From a virus (taxonomy: Duplodnaviria > Heunggongvirae > Uroviricota > Caudoviricetes): DNA of 64,000 bases. Both the position numbers and the translations under genes were made by a program. Within the stretch, counting starts at the first letter, position 1, and each line of letters begins with the position of its first letter. Location of the stretch: IMG/VR virus record IMGVR_UViG_3300050821_008494. One strand, written 5' to 3'. Under the pieces are notes generated by a model. The model did no database searches. It had not been told where the DNA came from and saw only the letters and a list, made by a program, of their open reading frames with translations. Of this stretch, positions 63,258-64,000 are shown in pieces.

Positions 63258-63409
63258 TGCAAGAACGCTGTGGCCACTGCGGTCATCCTCCTCATGCAGG
63301 TGTCTGCTTGAAGAGAGGACTTAGGTCAGGGCACGATTGTGGCTGCACGAACTACGAGTCCAACGTCCAGATGCTCGGAGAATCTTGGGTCAAGGAGGCA
63401 GGAGTCTAG
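63257..63409 (+). CDS. Cys/His microprotein (50 aa, CGHCGHPPHAGVC...CGC)
   Basis: Manually translated; TGATG coupling. Confidence 0.55.
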   Translation: MQERCGHCGHPPHAGVCLKRGLRSGHDCGCTNYESNVQMLGESWVKEAGV

Positions 63410-63571
63410 ATGCCAAAGAAGTTCAAGGTCTACTACCGGCCACCGAAGGTCAGGACTGCAATCTATCAAGGAATCTTCGAGGACGAGACAGAAGAAGGGG
63501 CACGCAGGAAGGCCATAGCGAATTATCCAGCTATGGTATTCGAATTCACGGGGGCCTTGGAAATTGGCTAA
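63410..63571 (+). CDS. Hypothetical protein (53 aa)
   Basis: Manually translated MPKKFKVYYRPPK... Confidence 0.55.
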   Translation: MPKKFKVYYRPPKVRTAIYQGIFEDETEEGARRKAIANYPAMVFEFTGALEIG

Positions 63572-63878
63572 CCAGCCAGCCTACATCTGGGCAATAGTCT
63601 TCTCATCCATCGGCCTCTTCCTCACATGGTTCGGCTACAAGCTCCTCGTCCCGGTCTTCAACATGACTGTCGGCTCCGTCGCTCCGGGCTACCCCGCGAT
63701 GGTAAACAACAACCCGACCTACGTCAATGGATTCAATACAATCGTCTCCGAGGTCAACATACTCTTCCAATACTCCTTTGCCGTGATAGGCCTCGGCATC
63801 GTCGCCGTCTTCGTAGTCATCTTCGCATACCGCACTGTCTTCGGCTCCACAGCTGCATCCTACGAGGAGGCCTACTAA
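63564..63878 (+). CDS. Hydrophobic helical-hairpin protein; candidate spindle-shaped-virus-type coat protein
   Basis: TM1, NMT sequon and polar loop, TM2 ending VVIFAYR. Confidence 0.5.
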   Translation: MANQPAYIWAIVFSSIGLFLTWFGYKLLVPVFNMTVGSVAPGYPAMVNNNPTYVNGFNTIVSEVNILFQYSFAVIGLGIVAVFVVIFAYRTVFGSTAASYEEAY

Positions 63879-64000
63879 TGAACACCCGCAAACTCCTCAA
63901 CCGATTCTTCGGCAAGAAGCGCCATGCAGTCGGAGGGTGGGTCATCGCCGTAGTCTTTCTGGGTTTGATAGTCTTCGCCTTCATAATGACTCCAATCAAC
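63878..64000 (+). CDS. 3'-truncated protein with class III (pilin-like) signal; candidate coat protein
   Basis: MNTRKLLNRFFGKKRHA|VGGWVIAVVFLGLIVFAFIMTPIN, manually translated. Confidence 0.5.
   Translation, partial: MNTRKLLNRFFGKKRHAVGGWVIAVVFLGLIVFAFIMTPIN

Noticed and set aside
1-64000. All minus-strand ORFs and most overlapping alternative-frame plus-strand ORFs in the track
   Set aside because: They shadow coupled plus-strand genes, have Arg/Ser/Pro-biased composition and lack SD or coupling signals.
1-64000. tRNA genes, integrase, transposase, reverse transcriptase/DGR, terminase, portal
   Set aside because: No cloverleaf with a T-loop consensus and no diagnostic protein motifs were recognised.
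1-64000. Stop-codon reassignment
   Set aside because: TAA, TAG and TGA all terminate genes, and the conserved enzymes are uninterrupted.

Overview
One continuous segment of a large (>64 kb) archaeal dsDNA virus genome. Every credible gene is on the + strand, tightly coupled by stop/start overlaps, with archaeal signals (TATA boxes ~25-33 nt upstream of starts, GGAGG/GGTGA SD motifs). Layout: (i) structural/envelope genes at both edges: a >1645-aa Ser/Thr-rich adhesin, a Thr-stalk secreted protein, a 1055-aa low-complexity protein and two hydrophobic-hairpin proteins resembling spindle-shaped-virus coat proteins, one with a class III (pilin-like) signal; (ii) an XPB-like helicase fused to AbrB-like domains; (iii) a near-complete archaeal-type replisome and repair set (RPA-like SSB, Sak4-like ATPase, PCNA-like clamp, RFC small and large, PriS-PriL fusion, PolB, two RNase HI-like proteins, DEDDh exonuclease, XPF, Cas4-like nuclease, DUF3987 ATPase, EndoQ); (iv) a nucleotide-remodelling cluster (FAD oxidoreductase, dUTPase-like/HAD fusion, two DUF1599-like proteins, MazG, divergent ThyX, MTase); (v) many small accessory ORFs. 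No terminase, portal, HK97 capsid, integrase, tRNA or CRISPR array was recognised. Best leads: a virus-encoded prepilin peptidase with a candidate pilin-like coat substrate, a possible base-modification pathway, an 8-site palindromic operator (CWTA-AGA-TAAG), a structured ~160-nt non-coding RNA, apparent total absence of GATC and GTAC, and repeated CTG/ACG/ATA starts. All family calls come from motif recognition by eye, without database searches.
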